In this document: piece by piece, positions 37,611-51,800 of the stretch
Numbering within the stretch: position 1 is the first letter of the stretch
Layout: every line of letters starts with the position of its first letter
Assembly (NCBI RefSeq): GCF_020745735.1
Contig: NW_026867454.1
Span: forward strand, 1 to 64,000
Direction: 5' to 3'
From: Hemiscyllium ocellatum
Lineage: Eukaryota
DNA: 64,000 bases
Made by a program: the position numbers and the translations under genes
The notes under the pieces: generated by a model
The model's input: the letters and a program-made list of their open reading frames with translations, nothing else
Database searches by the model: none
What the model was told of the DNA's origin: nothing

Positions 37611-38559
37611 AAGGGCAGTGGCTGGGAACTCGGAGAAACCAATGGTTCAGTCTTCTGCTTGAAGCAAATTTTGACCAGAACATTTAAACACCACAAAGCT
37701 CACTGTAGGAAATGCCAGTGCTGCAACTTTTAATAATATTTGAAACTTGGTTAAAAATAGGGATTTTTAGTTATAGTTTCTGAAATAATCAAGACAAGAA
37801 TTAACTGTTAGAACAAGCTCTATCAAAGAGAGAAGATTTGCAAAGTTTGAAACCACACAGTGCTGTGGTTTATTTGAATTCAATGTTGGTCAGATTTAGA
37901 TACAGCCAAGGTGATCTCTCCATATATTGATTCTGTTAATCGGACACACCAACATACCTGTCTGTACTAAACTGTATTATTTGTTTAGTTGATCAAAATT
38001 TAGGAAACAGATCAAACAGAATGTATTCGGCTGGGAAGGTGATGGATACAGAAGACAGAATCAAAAGCTGGGAACATTAAATCTGAAGAGAGAGTAACAA
38101 GTAGTACACGATCAAAGACATGAAAAGGTGCATGTCAATGTGTTCCAGACATTAGTGAATCGAATGAGCTTGTTAGGTAGTCGAGAGACTCGTCCAACGA
38201 CATCCTGGAATCAGACCGTGAAATAGAGATCGAAAGGTCGATTTGCAAATGTCACTTCAATGTGATCACTTCACACTCTGTGTCCTGATCTAGGCCACAT
38301 TGGCAGGTGTTTCTGCCAGATTGTATCCCCTAGGTTTATTTTCTGATCAGAAGTGAGATGTGTGGCTTGCTGCTGGCACATAGAAACAGGAAGTTGCGCG
38401 CCAGCTGAGAATGATACACCAGGCGCTACTTTCTGTATTATCAGCACAGACAGTCTTCCTACCTCTGAGGGTGAACACACTGACAGTGTCAAGAACAAAC
38501 AGACAGTTTGCTGTTGGTCTCAACATTGTATTCAATTCCATTCCCATTTTCCAGAATGA

Positions 38560-41400
38560 AGCAGAAGAGATTATTTCAGCTAGAGTAAATTATCTGTCAG
38601 AGAGATAAGAAGAGATATCATCGGGTGAAAGGAGCGAAATGACAATATGTAGTTTCGCTCATAAACCTATGTTTAAGAGTAGAAAGCTTGAGGGAAGGTA
38701 ATAAATAAATCTAAGAGACAGCATTCATTAAAAGTTGGAATTGTAAGGTTTAAGCAATAAAATTCAGCAGGGCTTTGGTGGAAGTGAGACCATCTGGGAA
38801 GTGGTTGATTCTGTTTTCCGCAGAGGCAATGAGATGTGCCATCGGGTGTAAAAAGTGGATGTGATGCTTCTTGACTTCAATCAGGTTTTTGACCAGATCT
38901 TGCATCTTCAATATGGTAAGGGTTCATGGGATCTGGTGCAGTTTGGCAAATGCATCGAAGGTTTATTTGTTGGCAGAAGGTAATGGTCGAAGGTAGTCAT
39001 TGTGAAGACATCTTGTGTCCAGTGGCTTACTATACGACTTGGTGATGGATCCTTTGCTGTTTGCAGCGTATATAAACGATCTAGTCAAGAATGTAGCAAT
39101 TTTGATCAGTAAGTTCAAAGATGAGGTGAAAAACGTTTGGTTTTGCAATTAATGAGGAGGAAAGCCAGTGTGACATCGATGACCTTGCCTGTTGGAGAGA
39201 AGAATTGAAAACAGAACATTATATCCTAAAGTCTGTGAAGTAAAGCATTTTCAAGACTAACAAATGAAGTGAATATACGATGCATTGTTGGAATCTACAA
39301 ATACAATGGATAAGCGATCTTCTGTTGTGCATATCCACATCATGGAGTGTGGGTTGGAGTTATAGTCTGGAGATATTGTGGCTAGACCATTACTTTAGGA
39401 AACTGGGGTCTGAGCCTGCAGTGCTGCCACATCAAGTCATGAACTAAAGTTGATAATTAAACAACTCATTGAAAGAATAAGCTCCACAGATATCCCCTTG
39501 CTCTGCTTTGGAGAGCACAACACATCAGCGCAAAAGTTAAGGTTGAAGCATTCACAGCAATCGTCAGCCAGAAGTGCCAATTGTCTGATCCATCTCGGCA
39601 TCTTCTATAGATCACCAATATTACAGATACCTGTCTTCAGGGAATTCGCTTCTCTCCATGTGAAATCAAGGCACTGTTGGGCGGGGGGCACTGGTTACTG
39701 CAAATGCTATGGAGCCTGACAAAATTCTGGCAATAATACTGCTGACTTGTGCTAGCCAAGCACTCCGAGTACAGCTACAATACTGGCATGGACAATGTGG
39801 AAAATAGGCCAGGCATGTCCTGTGCACAGAAAATAGGTCAAACCACCGTGGCGAATTACTGCTCCATCAGTCCATGCTCAATCATGAGTTAGGTGTAGGA
39901 AGGTGCTTTCAACAGTGCTATCAAGCAGCACTAGCTCAGTAATAACCTGCTCAGTGACATAAAATGTGGGTTACGCAAGGCCTACTCAGCTCATGACTGA
40001 ATTACAGACTTGATTTAAACATGGCTTAAAAATGTGTTGCTGGAAAAGCGCAGCAGGTCAGGCAGCATCAAAGGAGCAGGAGAATCGACGTTTTGTGCAT
40101 AAGCTCTTCTGAAGCCTGATTCCTGAAGAAGGGCTTATGCCCGAAACTTTGATTCTCCTGCTCCTTTGATGCTGCCTGACCTGCTGCGCTTTTCCAGCAA
40201 CACATTTTTAAGCTCTGATCTCCAGCATCTGCGGTCTCACTTTCTCCGAGTTGATTTAAACATGGACAAAGAACTGAATTCCAGAAATGAGGGAAGAGTG
40301 ACAGCCCTTCACATTAAGGTCACATTTGACAGAGTGTGATATTATGGAGTCCTAGCAAAACTGGATTCAAATGGTATCAGGTGACAACCTCCCTGCTGCC
40401 TGCAGTCAGACCTCACACATTGGAAGGTGGCTCTGCTTGTTAGAGGGCAGTCGTCTCAGCCAAAGCAAATCTCTGTTGGAGTTCCTAAAGAAAGTGTCCT
40501 TGGCCCAATCATGTTCAGCTGCTTCAGCAATGACTTTCCCTCCCTCAGAAGGTCAGAAGTGAAATCTGCATTGATCTCGCATTTTTTTTGTGACTGCTCA
40601 GTCCACATTCAAACGCAACAAAATCTGGACAATTTCCAGACTTGAGCTGACAAGTGGCAAATAGCATTCACACCACAAACCTGCGAGACAATGACCATTG
40701 ACAATAAGAGACAATCTAACCAAAACCCCTTGACATTCAATAGTGTTACCATCACGGAATCCCTCACCATCGACATCCTGGGTTTTATTGTTCATTAGAA
40801 ATTGAGCTGGACACTCCATATAAATACAGTGGTTGTAAGAGCAGGCCAGAGGCTAGGAATACTGCAGCGAGTAACTCACCCTCCTGACTTGCAAAGCCAA
40901 CTGACTGTCTAAGAGACAGAAGTCAGGAGGGTAATAGCACAGCTCGCCCTTTGACTGGACAGGAGCACCTTCAACTGCACTCAAGAAGCTAGGCATTGTC
41001 CAGGACAAAGCATCCCACTTGATCAGCAGCACATCCACAAGCGTCCATTGCCTCCAAATCTGATGCTTAGTACCTGCCATTTGCTGAAAAATGTGTTGCT
41101 AGAAAAGCGCAGCAGGTCAGGCAGCATCCAAGGAGCAGGAGAATCGATGTTTCGGGCATAAGCCCTTCTTCAGGCATACCTGCCGTATGCACTATCTAAA
41201 ATACTGCACTGCAGTAACTTAGCCACTTCCTTACACAGTACCTTCCCACTACCACTTGCATCTCGATGGATAAGAACAGCAGATACATGGGAACAGCACC
41301 ATTGTAAACTCCTCTCTAAACTACTCAGCATCCTGACATGGAAATATATCATCGATCTTTTACTGTAACTGGGTCAAAATCTGGAATTCCCTTCCTCAGG
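38560..41400 (+). mobile_element. Patchwork of degenerate CR1/L2-type RT fragments interrupted by PLE tails
   Basis: SQHGF/D..DF.K.FD remnants near 38770-38900; GVP..SVLGP..F remnant near 40480-40520. Confidence 0.6.
40024..40248. mobile_element. Fold-back PLE-tail element with perfect 63-bp inverted arms
   Basis: 40024-40086 is the exact reverse complement of 40151-40213. Confidence 0.85.
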
Positions 41401-41822
41401 TCATTTTGGAACATGTTATTTCAGAAAGGCAGCTTTCTGCCATCTTCTGAAGGACACCTACCAACAACTAAAAGCAACCACCGTGTTCCATGAGTCAATA
41501 AAAAAATCATTGAGGCTAACATGACAGTTTGAGAAAGTGGTTAAGGAGGCATTATGAGCATGTAATAAGCAATCAAAAGGTTTGGAGTAAAGTTCCAGAA
41601 TCAAACTATACCATAGTAGCTTCAATTAATGAAAGAGTATGAAATGAAACTGCTGAAGTAACGAATGATAATCACAGACCTACCAAAGTTTTGAAGCATG
41701 TTACATGGTTCAGTATTATCCTTCAGAGGAGGATGTGCGACCTTCCTACCTGGCCTTCCCTACCTGTTCAACAAAAAGGCGATGGTTCCTTTCCTGTGCC
41801 GAACCTGACTAAGAAACCCATC

Positions 41823-42045
41823 AGGAGAAAGTGAGGACTGCAGGTGCTGGAGATCTGAGTTGAGAGTGTAGTGCTGGAAAAGCACAGCAGGTCAGGCAGC
41901 ATCCAAGGGGCAGGAGAATCAATGTTCCAGGCATAACAACTACATCAGGTATCTTAATAAAGGCTTTATGCCCAAAACGTCGATTCTCCTGCTCCTCGGA
42001 CGCTGCCTGACCTGCTGTACTTTTCCAGCAACACAGTCTCAACTG
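41823..42045. mobile_element. Fold-back PLE-tail element, degenerate
   Basis: Same inverted GCTGGAAAAGC..CAGCAGGTCAGGCAGC arms with a decayed centre. Confidence 0.7.
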
Positions 42046-45000
42046 AGAAGCCATTTGGTTGTAATAAAGCTTCTTAAGAAAGATCAACCATAATTAGCCG
42101 AGCAAGATGGCAGGCCTCAAAAAGGGAGCTGATGACCATCTTCTTGGGATATGTGACTAACGCTTTCATAATTCAGTGAAGAAGTCAACAAATGCAAATG
42201 ACGGTGAGTCAGGCTCTTCAGACAGATTTTAGATTGGTGATTGGATGCAATGTGATGTTGCTGTGAACAGCAAGAGAGTTCTTGCCAGTATTCCGCTCCA
42301 ATATTTGTTCATGATGTAAAGTGTCAGATTTCTTGCATTTCTGTGCTTTCTGCGCATTTCCAACATTAGGATCACAGTGATGATATCATGAGACCAGTAT
42401 TCTCGAACTCCAGTTTGATGTTGAATGGCCAGGGTTTGGAATATCATCGTTTTGCATTTGAGTGAAATTTGAATTTAAAGAAATCCTGGAATCAGAAAGG
42501 AAGGCAAATGATGACCATGTAACCCGAGTCAATGGAAAAATACAAAAACAGCTGGTTCACGAATGACAAGGCATCTGTCACATCTACATGGTCTGGCCGA
42601 CATGAGATTCCAGACCCACTGGGAAGTAATTGACTGTGTTCTGAAGTGGCTTTAGCAAGCTATTCAATGGGCAGTTGGGGATAGGGACTCATTGCTGACC
42701 CTTACCATTAAGTAATACGTGTAACGAAACCTCGTAACAACTATATCAATTAAATGTAATTGTTGCGGCAGTTCCTGTATTTCACGTGAATATTCTAAAT
42801 TTGCAGAATTTTCAGCACTGAATTGTTAACCTAAATAAAAGTTTTAAATTATTTATCTTTCAGAAATAAATAATATCTGTTGCAATTCGGCTTCATAAAT
42901 TTTTATTCACTTCTGCAAATGGTCAACATTCTTAAAATAAACTTGTTTCGATTTGAAACTTACCAACAAATCACTTCATTCACCTGGCTTTGCTGCCATC
43001 ATCACTTCCTTGAAGCCAATTAAGCATTTATGTAAATAAACACAGAAATAGAATTCTCAGAATAGATTACAGAACCACAAAACCCTCATTTATATTTCCC
43101 TACAAGCACAGCACACGAATTGTGGAAAAAATGCAAATAACTCAATGGATTCCAATACTAATTGATGTTAGGACTTTTTTATACATAAGTTGTATGATTG
43201 TTGAATGACAGAGGTATCAATTGTCATGTTTAGTCAAAAAACTATAATTAAGAGATACATTGGCACAGCTAATATTTCTGTGTCTCTTTTTCTCTCTTCC
43301 CCTCCTGCCTTCCCCCTTTTTTCTTTATCTCTGATGCCTTGTTTTGCCTCTCCACAATCGGACAATGTTTTCCCCAATAACATGAAGCCAACACCTCACC
43401 AACATTGCCTCTCAGCCAAATTCATCCATTTCTTTCGAGAGATTTGAGTTAGGACAGCAAGATTTTCTCATAAATCTGTCTGAGCATTGAGTGATCTGGA
43501 AACGCTTGATAGGAATGAGGCTGCAAGACTTTACTGTGTTAGTGTTTTCATTGTATCTCTGCACTATTATTCTTGTCTGAGGAATGTTTAATGGTTCAAT
43601 GTAATGCATATTTATAATTAACCTTACGCTGCACATCTCATGGAAGGTTTAATATTATAGAGGTCAATTTATTCTGTATCACTCTGGGAGGATGTCTTTT
43701 AGGGAATCCTGGATGCAGCTCTACTCTGTGTCTAAACGAAAATATATTTGACATGATTGCATTGGACAACACAATATAGAGGGAGATTTACCCAGCACAT
43801 TACATGAGCTGTACAATCACAGAAAACATTTGATGTAGCCGTGTAAAGGGGTTTGAAGTCCTACCCACTGTCTTTCTGATTTTGAAATGCTTGACACCAG
43901 AATAAATGGGAACAACACTATGCATCGAAACTTTGTTATACAAGTAGACTATCATTTACAGGCACAGACATACGCACACACATAAGCAAATCATCTCTGA
44001 ACAACCCTTGCAGTGTTTAATGGATGAGTACTGAGAGAGCTTTAATATGCAATGTGTGTGTATTCCATGCAACACATGCTGACAGTGTGCTTGATATGGT
44101 AGTTTAAATGTAGTTTTGATCTGTCTTTAACCTTTTCTGTGACAGATGTGGTTGTGTTTGACAAATATTTAACAGAACTGAAGGACTATAAATGTAGTCA
44201 CTGCATTAGAGGCAGAATGCAATGCCACCAAACAGTGAGAAAGATGACCCCTGTCTTTTTTCATGATGAGGGGGGATTGAAGCAGCTGGGCTTCAAACAT
44301 GGAGGTTAATTTAGATGAGACCTATATAATTCTGAAAAGACTAACTTAGAGCAAAGGTCAATGAGAGGGAACCAGAAGCGGTCTGTTCAGCCAATGGGGT
44401 TTGGGCTTCCAAACAATGACATCACAGCTGAGCTGATAATCCTCACCTCCATTTTTTCAGCGTTTAACTGTAAGCATTGGTTCAATTCCCAAATCAAAAC
44501 CTGCCCATTTCAGCCTTCAAAATACTGAATGACCCAGCCTCGACAGTGTTCTATGGAAACAAATTCCACAGATTCACTACATTCTGGGAGACAAAATTCT
44601 GTTCTGCCTGACATTTGTGACCTCTAATTCAGAGAGTTTACTCACTGGCCCGAAACTCTCCCACAAGGGGAAACTACATTTCTGCATTTACACCATCAAG
44701 TTTCCTGAAAATAATAGATGTTTCAGAATGTCACCACTGAATCTTCTATGTTCTAATGAGTATAGGCCCAAACGACTCAGTCTCTACTCTCAAGACAGTC
44801 CCTCCATCCTCAGGATCAGTCGACTAAACCTCGTGTGGATTGTCTCACAGTCCAGTGTACCTTTTCTTTGTGAGATGAGTCCCAAGAACAGTCCACAGTA
44901 TTCCAGCTGTGGTAAAAATAGAGCTTCTTTTCAGTTTTAACAAACATTATAGTCATACAGATATCAGGCACAGAAACAGACCCTTCGGTCCAACTGCACT

Positions 45001-45894
45001 GCCCAGATATCCCAACCTGACTGAGTACCATTTGCCAAACATTTGGCCTATCTTTCTCTAAATGTTCCCTGTTCATACACCCATCCAGGTGCCTTTTAAA
45101 TGCAGTAATTGAACCCACCTCCACCACTATCACTGGCAACTGTTTCCAGTCACACACGTGAAAAGGTTACCCCTCAGGTTCTTTTCAAACGTTTCTCCTC
45201 TCACCTTAATCTGCTGTCCTCTAGTTTTGGACTCTCCCACTCGAGGAAAAAGGCCTTGGCTATTCACCATATCAATGCCCTGCATGATTTTATAGGGTCT
45301 TGTTCAGGCCACTCCTCAGCCTCCTTTCCTCTCACTGTAGGGAAAAGAAAAGCCCCAGCCTATTCAGCTTCACCTGAAACCTTAAGCACTCCAGTTCCAG
45401 CATCATTCTTGGAAATCTTTTCTACATCCCCTCAAGTTTCACAAAATCCTTCATAGAAATGGTCAGCCAGATTTGTCTGTAATAATTCTAAACGTGGCCT
45501 CACAAATGTTCTGTACAGCTGAGAGATGACATCTCGACTCCTACACTTAATGTTATGACCAATGAAGGAAAGCATGCCAAACACCTTCTTCCCCACCCTG
45601 TCTACCTGCAACTCCACTTTCAAAGAATGATGCATCTGCTCCCTTTGGTTTCTTTGCTCAGCAACACTCCCCAAGGCCCAGCCATTAATTGTATAAGTCT
45701 TGCGCTGGTTTGCCTTACAAAAATGCAGCACCTCACATTTACTTAATAAAGTTTGGGTTCGTGAAAGGCAGGTCATGTTTAACTGATTAATTGGAATTCT
45801 TTGAGGTCATAATGAGTGTGGTAGACAATGGGGAACTGGTGAACGTGGTGGATCTGGATTTCCAAATGGCATTCAGCAAGGTGCTGCACAAAAG

Positions 45895-46192
45895 AGGCGG
45901 CACGGTGGCACAGTGGTTAGCACTGCTGCCTCACAGCGACAGGGACCTGGGTTCGATTCCCGCCTCAGGCGACTGACTGTGTGGAGTTTGCACGTTCTCC
46001 CCGTGTCTGCGTGGGTTTCCTCCGGGTGCTCCGGTTTCCTCCCACAGTCCAAAGAGGGTCAGGTGAATTGGCCATGCTAAATTGCATAGTGTTAGGTAAG
46101 GGGTATATGTTGGGGTATGGGTGGGTTGCGCTTCGGCGGGTCAGTGTGGACTTGTTGGGCCGAAGGGCCTGTTTCCACACTGTAAGTAATCT
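45895..46192 (+). mobile_element. HE1-like tRNA-derived SINE inserted in a CR1 RT fragment
   Basis: Box A/B-like GGTGGCACAGTGG / GGTTCGATTCCC, V-SINE-type core GTGTGGAGTTTGCACGTTCTCCCCGTGTCTGCGTGGGTTT, and a LINE-like tail. Confidence 0.85.
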
Positions 46193-49100
46193 AAAAAAAA
46201 AGGCTGCTGCATAAGATAAAGATGCACAGTGTTACAGGCAATGCATTAGCATGGACAGAAAACTGGCTAACTAACAGAATGCAAAACATGGGGATAAATG
46301 GGTGTTTTTCTGGTTGGCAATCAGTGGCGAGTGGTGTGTTTCAGGGATGAGTGTTGGGACTGCAATTGTTTACAATTCAGGTCGATTGCTTCGAGTTAGA
46401 GATCCAAGTGTAGTGTGTTGTAGTTCGCAGAAGGCACTTAAATGAGTGATAGAGCAAAGTGTGCAGGAGGATATAGACAGGTTAAGTGAGTGGGCAAGAG
46501 TCTGGCAGATGGAGTACAATGTTAGTAAACGTGAGGTCATCCATTTTGGGAGGAATAATAACAAACAGAATGCTGCTGTGCAGGGGGACTTGGCTGTTCT
46601 TGTGCATGAAACACAAAAGTATGGTTTGCAAGTACAGTAGCTAATTAGGAAGACAAATGGAATAGTGTCCTTCATTGGCAGTGGATAGAGTTTAAAATTA
46701 GGACTTTCTGCTGCAGCTGTATAGGGCGCTGGTGTGACCATGCCTGGAGTACTCTGTACACTTTTCATCACCTTACATGAGATGGCATTGGGGTGGGGTT
46801 TGCTGAGGAGGTTGATTATGTTGATTGTGGAAATGAGGGGGTTGGCTTGTGAGGAGAGATTGAGCAGACTGGGATTATACTCATTGGAATTCAGAACAAT
46901 GTGGGAGGGGGGTTGTAAAATTATAAATGGGATAGATAAGACAGAAGCAGGGAGGCTATTTCCACTGGTGGGTGAAATTAGAATGACGGGGCATAACCTC
47001 AAAATAAGGACAACAGATTTAGGACTGAGTTGAGGATCAACATCTTCACCCAAAGGGTTGTGAAGCTGTGGAATCCCCTGCCTAGTGAAGCAGCTGAGGC
47101 CAACCTGTTGAATGGTTTAAAGGTAAAATAGATTTTTTAACAGTAAAGGAATGGAGGGTTATAGTGAGCGGGTGCGTAAGTGGAATCTTAGTCCATTGAA
47201 AGATGATCCATGATGATATTGAAAGGCAGAGCAGACTCGTGGGGTCAGATGGCCTACTCCTGATCGTATTTCTAATGTTTGGATGTTGTTATGTTCTAAC
47301 AGGCCTCCAATCCAAAACGTAATGCTCTCTGACTACTATGTAAAAACTGAAAGAGCAGTGGATGCTGTGTATCAGAAACAAAAACGGAAACTGCTGGAAA
47401 TGTTCAGAAGGTCTGGCAGCATCTCTGGCGTGAAAGGCTCACCAGTTTATGGTTCCCTGGCTTTTCCACACAACTTTCTTCAATAATGCTGCCACATTAG
47501 TCACTCTCCAGTCTTCTGGCATCTCATCTATGATTATCGATGATACAAATATCTCAGCAAGGGGTCCACGAATCTCTTCCCTAGCTTCCCACAAAGTTCT
47601 GAGAAATACCTAATCAGCTCTCCAGGATTTATTTCCATTTTTTACTTTAAGACCCCCAACACCTCCTCTTCTGTAAGATGAACTCATTTGATCTTTAAGG
47701 GCTGTATTCTCTTCTTAGTTATTCTTTTAACCTTAAAATAATTTTAGAATCTTTTCGGATTCTCCTTAATTCTATTTGCCATGCAATTTCATGCCCCCTT
47801 TTTTCCCTCATGATTTCCTGGTGAAGTATACTCCGACTGCCCTTACACCCTTCTCAGGATTCACTCAATCCCAGCTGTCTATATCTGATGAATGCCCCCT
47901 TCGTTTTCTGGACAGGAGTTGCAATTTCCCTCATCATTGAGCTTTTCCCATGCCTTGCCCTTCACACAAACAGAAACATACCATCACTGAACTCTCATTG
48001 TCTCATTCTTAAAGGCCTCCCACTTGTCAGTCGTCCCTTTACCTGTGAATAACCTCCCCCAACCAACTTCTCAAAGTCTTATACCATCAAAACTGGCCAC
48101 ACTCCAATTTGAAACTTTCATTTTTAAATCAATTCTATCCTTTCTCATCATTATTATCAAACCAATAGAATTATGATCACTTTCCCTGAAGCATGCCCCT
48201 ACAGACACCTCAGTCACTTGTCCTGCCTTGATTCCCAACAGAAGGTCAAGTATTGCGAACTGTCCAGTAGGTCCATCCACATATTGAATAACAATATTTT
48301 CTTGTACAGACTTAACCAATTTCTCCACATTCCAAGATCTTAACACTACCCCAAACTCTGGTTGGAAAGTTAAAATTCCCTACCATTATCCTCTTTCCTT
48401 ACAGATAGCAGAATCGCTTGTAATTTTCCCACTGACTATTAGGAGGCCCATTTTACAATCCCAGCAAGGTCATCACCTCTTTCTTATTTTTAAGTTTCAT
48501 CCATATAACTTCACTGGGCAGTCTCCAAGAAATATCCTCTCTACATCCAGCTGTAATGTTCTTTCTAACCAAGAACACTCCTCCATCTCCTCTCTTGCTC
48601 CTCTGTCTATCCATTCTATAACATCTGTATCCTGGAACATTAAGTTGTCAGTCCTGTTCATCCCTGAGCCACATTTCTGTAATGGTAATGTTATCCTTGT
48701 CCCACATTCCCATCTATGCCCTATGTTCATCTGTCTCACATGTCAGGCCTCTTCCATCGAAGTAAATGCAGTTTAACGTTCTTACTTTGCTCTTGCCAAA
48801 CTGTTGTCTGCCTTGACCCCGAGAATTGCTCACAGCATCTCACCTCAAACACTTCTCTTTTCTCACTATCTTGTTAGTTCCCACCATCCACCTTACTAAT
48901 TTAAAACCTTCAGCATACTGCTAGCAAATTTCCCCACAAGAATATCGGTCCCCTTCCAAGTCAGGTCCCTCTTATATAGGTCATTTCTATCCCTGAAGAG
49001 ATCCCAGTGATTGAAAAATGGGAATCCTAACCCCTGCAGCAGTTCCTCAGCTACACATTCGCTGCTCTATCTGACTGTTCCTAATCTCAATATTCCATTA

Positions 49101-51505
49101 GTTTTTAAACAAACCCCAACATGACATTTGCCATCTTTATTGACAGTTGAAATTAAAAGCTAACTTTTTGTGGTTCGGAGATGCAGACTCCCTGTAGATT
49201 TCTGAATTCAATCTCTACCTTGCCTGTTAAAATGCACAAGTCCACTGTTTATGTCTGTTCTCATTTATTTAATCCACATTACATTAATGTGCAAAACTCC
49301 TTGTTCACTCCCATCCTATCTGTATCGCTCCGCAAACTTCTTTTTGTGTCATACTCACCACTTGTCTCCGCTCCAATTTTTGTGTCATTCGCAAACTTGC
49401 CTACAATATACTCACTTTCCTCATCTAAGTCATCAAAATACTTTGTAAATTTTTTTTGTCCTCCAGAACAGATTTATGTGGTCCTCCATACTTTGACATC
49501 CTGTAAAATAAAACACTTAATCAAACTCTTCGGATTGGGATTTCAAAAATCCTCTCTCCACGTTAATACAGTCCCTCCAAAGCCAAGGCTCCTTTCTTAT
49601 TCAGTAATCTTATGCATGGGTGCTATCAAACACCTTCAGAAAATCAAAACATATTACAATCACCGTTTCCTCCATTTTCTCCAAGAATTCCAATATATTT
49701 ATCAGGCAAGATTTCCATTTTGTAAAGCCATTCCCAGTTTTCTGCTGGAACATCCTTTTTTAAAGACTCCACCATTTTTTTCAATAAATGATGTTAAACT
49801 AAGTAGCCTCAGTCAATCTTTTGTGTGCCTTAACTTTTTATGAGTGAAGGTGTTGGTTGAAGGATCTACTATCAGCCGTCACTTCCACCTGCTGGAGAAG
49901 CACTGTCATCTACTGTGAAAAACTCAACAAATTGTGTCTATGTTCATTTACTGAGAAAGCAATTCCACAAATGTTCTAGCTCATCACCTTCTGCTGGTGG
50001 TCCCAGATTTTACGAAGCTATTCATTGAAAGTCGACAAGGCTAATTAACATCAAATCAAGATCAATAATTGAGCAGAAATATCTCAATTCCTGGTCACGT
50101 ATATTTGTTCATCTCTTTTTAGGACATTAGCTTTGACAATGTGGAGACTGTATGGGTGGAGCTGTGAAATACCAAGGGACAAAAAACATTAGTGGGTGTC
50201 ATAGACAGACCCCTAGACTGCAGTGGTCGTATCGGAATAGTATTAAACAGGAAATTAGCCAAGCATGTGATATGGAGACATCTGTGACCATGGGTGATTT
50301 TAATCTGCATCTAGATTGGACAAATCAAATTAGCCACAATGTCTTAGAGTAAAAATTCTTGGAGTACATACAGGATGGTTTTCTTAACCAATATGTGGAT
50401 GAACCAACTAGAGAGCAGGCCATCTTAGACTGGGTACTGTGTAATGAGAAGGGAATCATTGCCAATCTAGCTGCGTGAGACTCCTTGGGGATGAGTGACC
50501 ATGACATGATACAACTTTTTTTATCAAGATGGAGAGTGAGCCAGCTGATTTGGAGATGAGGGTGCTGAATTTTAATAAAGGAAACTATGAAGATATATAA
50601 GGCATGAGTTGGCGTTGATAGATCAGTGGAAGTTGCTTAAAGGAGTGACAGTAGATAGGCATTGGCAAATATTCAAGGAAATCATGGGGGAACTGCAACA
50701 GCTATTTATTCCTGTCTGGTACAAAAGCAAAATGGGTGACAGGGCCAATCCGTGGCTTATAAAGGAAATTAGATAGCATCCAATTGAAGGAAATGGGCCA
50801 AAAAAAATAACAGGTCTGATATTTGAGAGCAGTTTCGAATTCAGCAAAGAAGGACCAAGGGATTGATTAAGATGGGGAAAACACAGTACAAAAGAAAGTA
50901 AGCTTGCAGGGAACATGAAGACTGATGCTACAAGGTTCTACAGTACATGAAGAGAAAGAGATTGATGAAGACAAATGTTAGGTCCCTATAGATGGAAATT
51001 GGGGAAATGTACAACAAAGGACAACGAACAGCTGAGCAATTGTATACATCCTTTAGTTCTGTCTTCACAAAAACCGACAGGTATACAGGAGGTGGGTGAG
51101 GCTGCAGTTGGAACATGTGTTCTGTTTTGGTCACCTTGCTCAGGGAAGGATGTTATTAAACTGGAAAGAGTGCAGAAGAAATTTATAAGGATGTTGCTCG
51201 CACTCAGTGTTATAAGGAGAGGCTGAACAAGCTTTTTCTTTTCTTGGCAGTCTAGGAGACTGAGAGGGGATCTTATAGAACTGTACAAAATTATGAGAGG
51301 CAGACACTCAGTCTTTTTTGTCTTGAAGAAGTTTTCCTCCTCTGTCTTTCCAATCTGCAGGCTCCCTGCCTCTATTCCTGATGAAGGGTTTTTGCCCGAC
51401 ACGTCGATTTTCCTGCTCCTCGGATGCTGCCTGACCTGCTGTGCTTTTCCAGCACCACTCTCATCTAGACTCTGGTTTCCAGCATCTGCAGTCCTTTTAA
51501 CGAGT

Positions 51506-51800
51506 TGGTTTATATCAGACAGGCAGAGATTGGCGTCAGTGACTGTGGGGCTGGTTTATATCAGACAGGCAGAGATTGGCGTCAGTGACTGTGGGGCTGG
51601 TTTATATCAGACGCGGGAGATTGGTGTTAGTGACTGTGGGGCTGGTTTATATCAGACTGGAGGAAACTGTTGTCACTGTCTGTGGGACAGGGTGAAATCA
51701 GACATGGGGAGACTTGTGTCTGTGGGGTGGTTTATATTCGACAGGGGGTGATTGGTGTCAGTGAGCGAGGGGCTGGTTTATATCTGACAGGAGGAGTTTG
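51506..51800 (+). repeat. 46-bp minisatellite
   Basis: TGGTTTATATCAGACAGGCAGAGATTGGCGTCAGTGACTGTGGGGC at 51506, 51552, 51598 and 51644, then degenerating. Confidence 0.85.

Noticed and set aside
38360-38400. Minus-strand FLCASS resembling a TCR V-beta end
   Set aside because: No upstream V framework and no RSS.
38555-38700. Exon-like NEAEEIISARVNYLSER (TRIM coiled-coil-like)
   Set aside because: In-frame stop, and it runs directly into decayed CR1 RT motifs.
49181-49843. 220-aa plus-strand ORF
   Set aside because: Antisense reading of a decayed CR1 RT fragment on the minus strand; the same applies to 46370-47053 (antisense of a plus-strand CR1).
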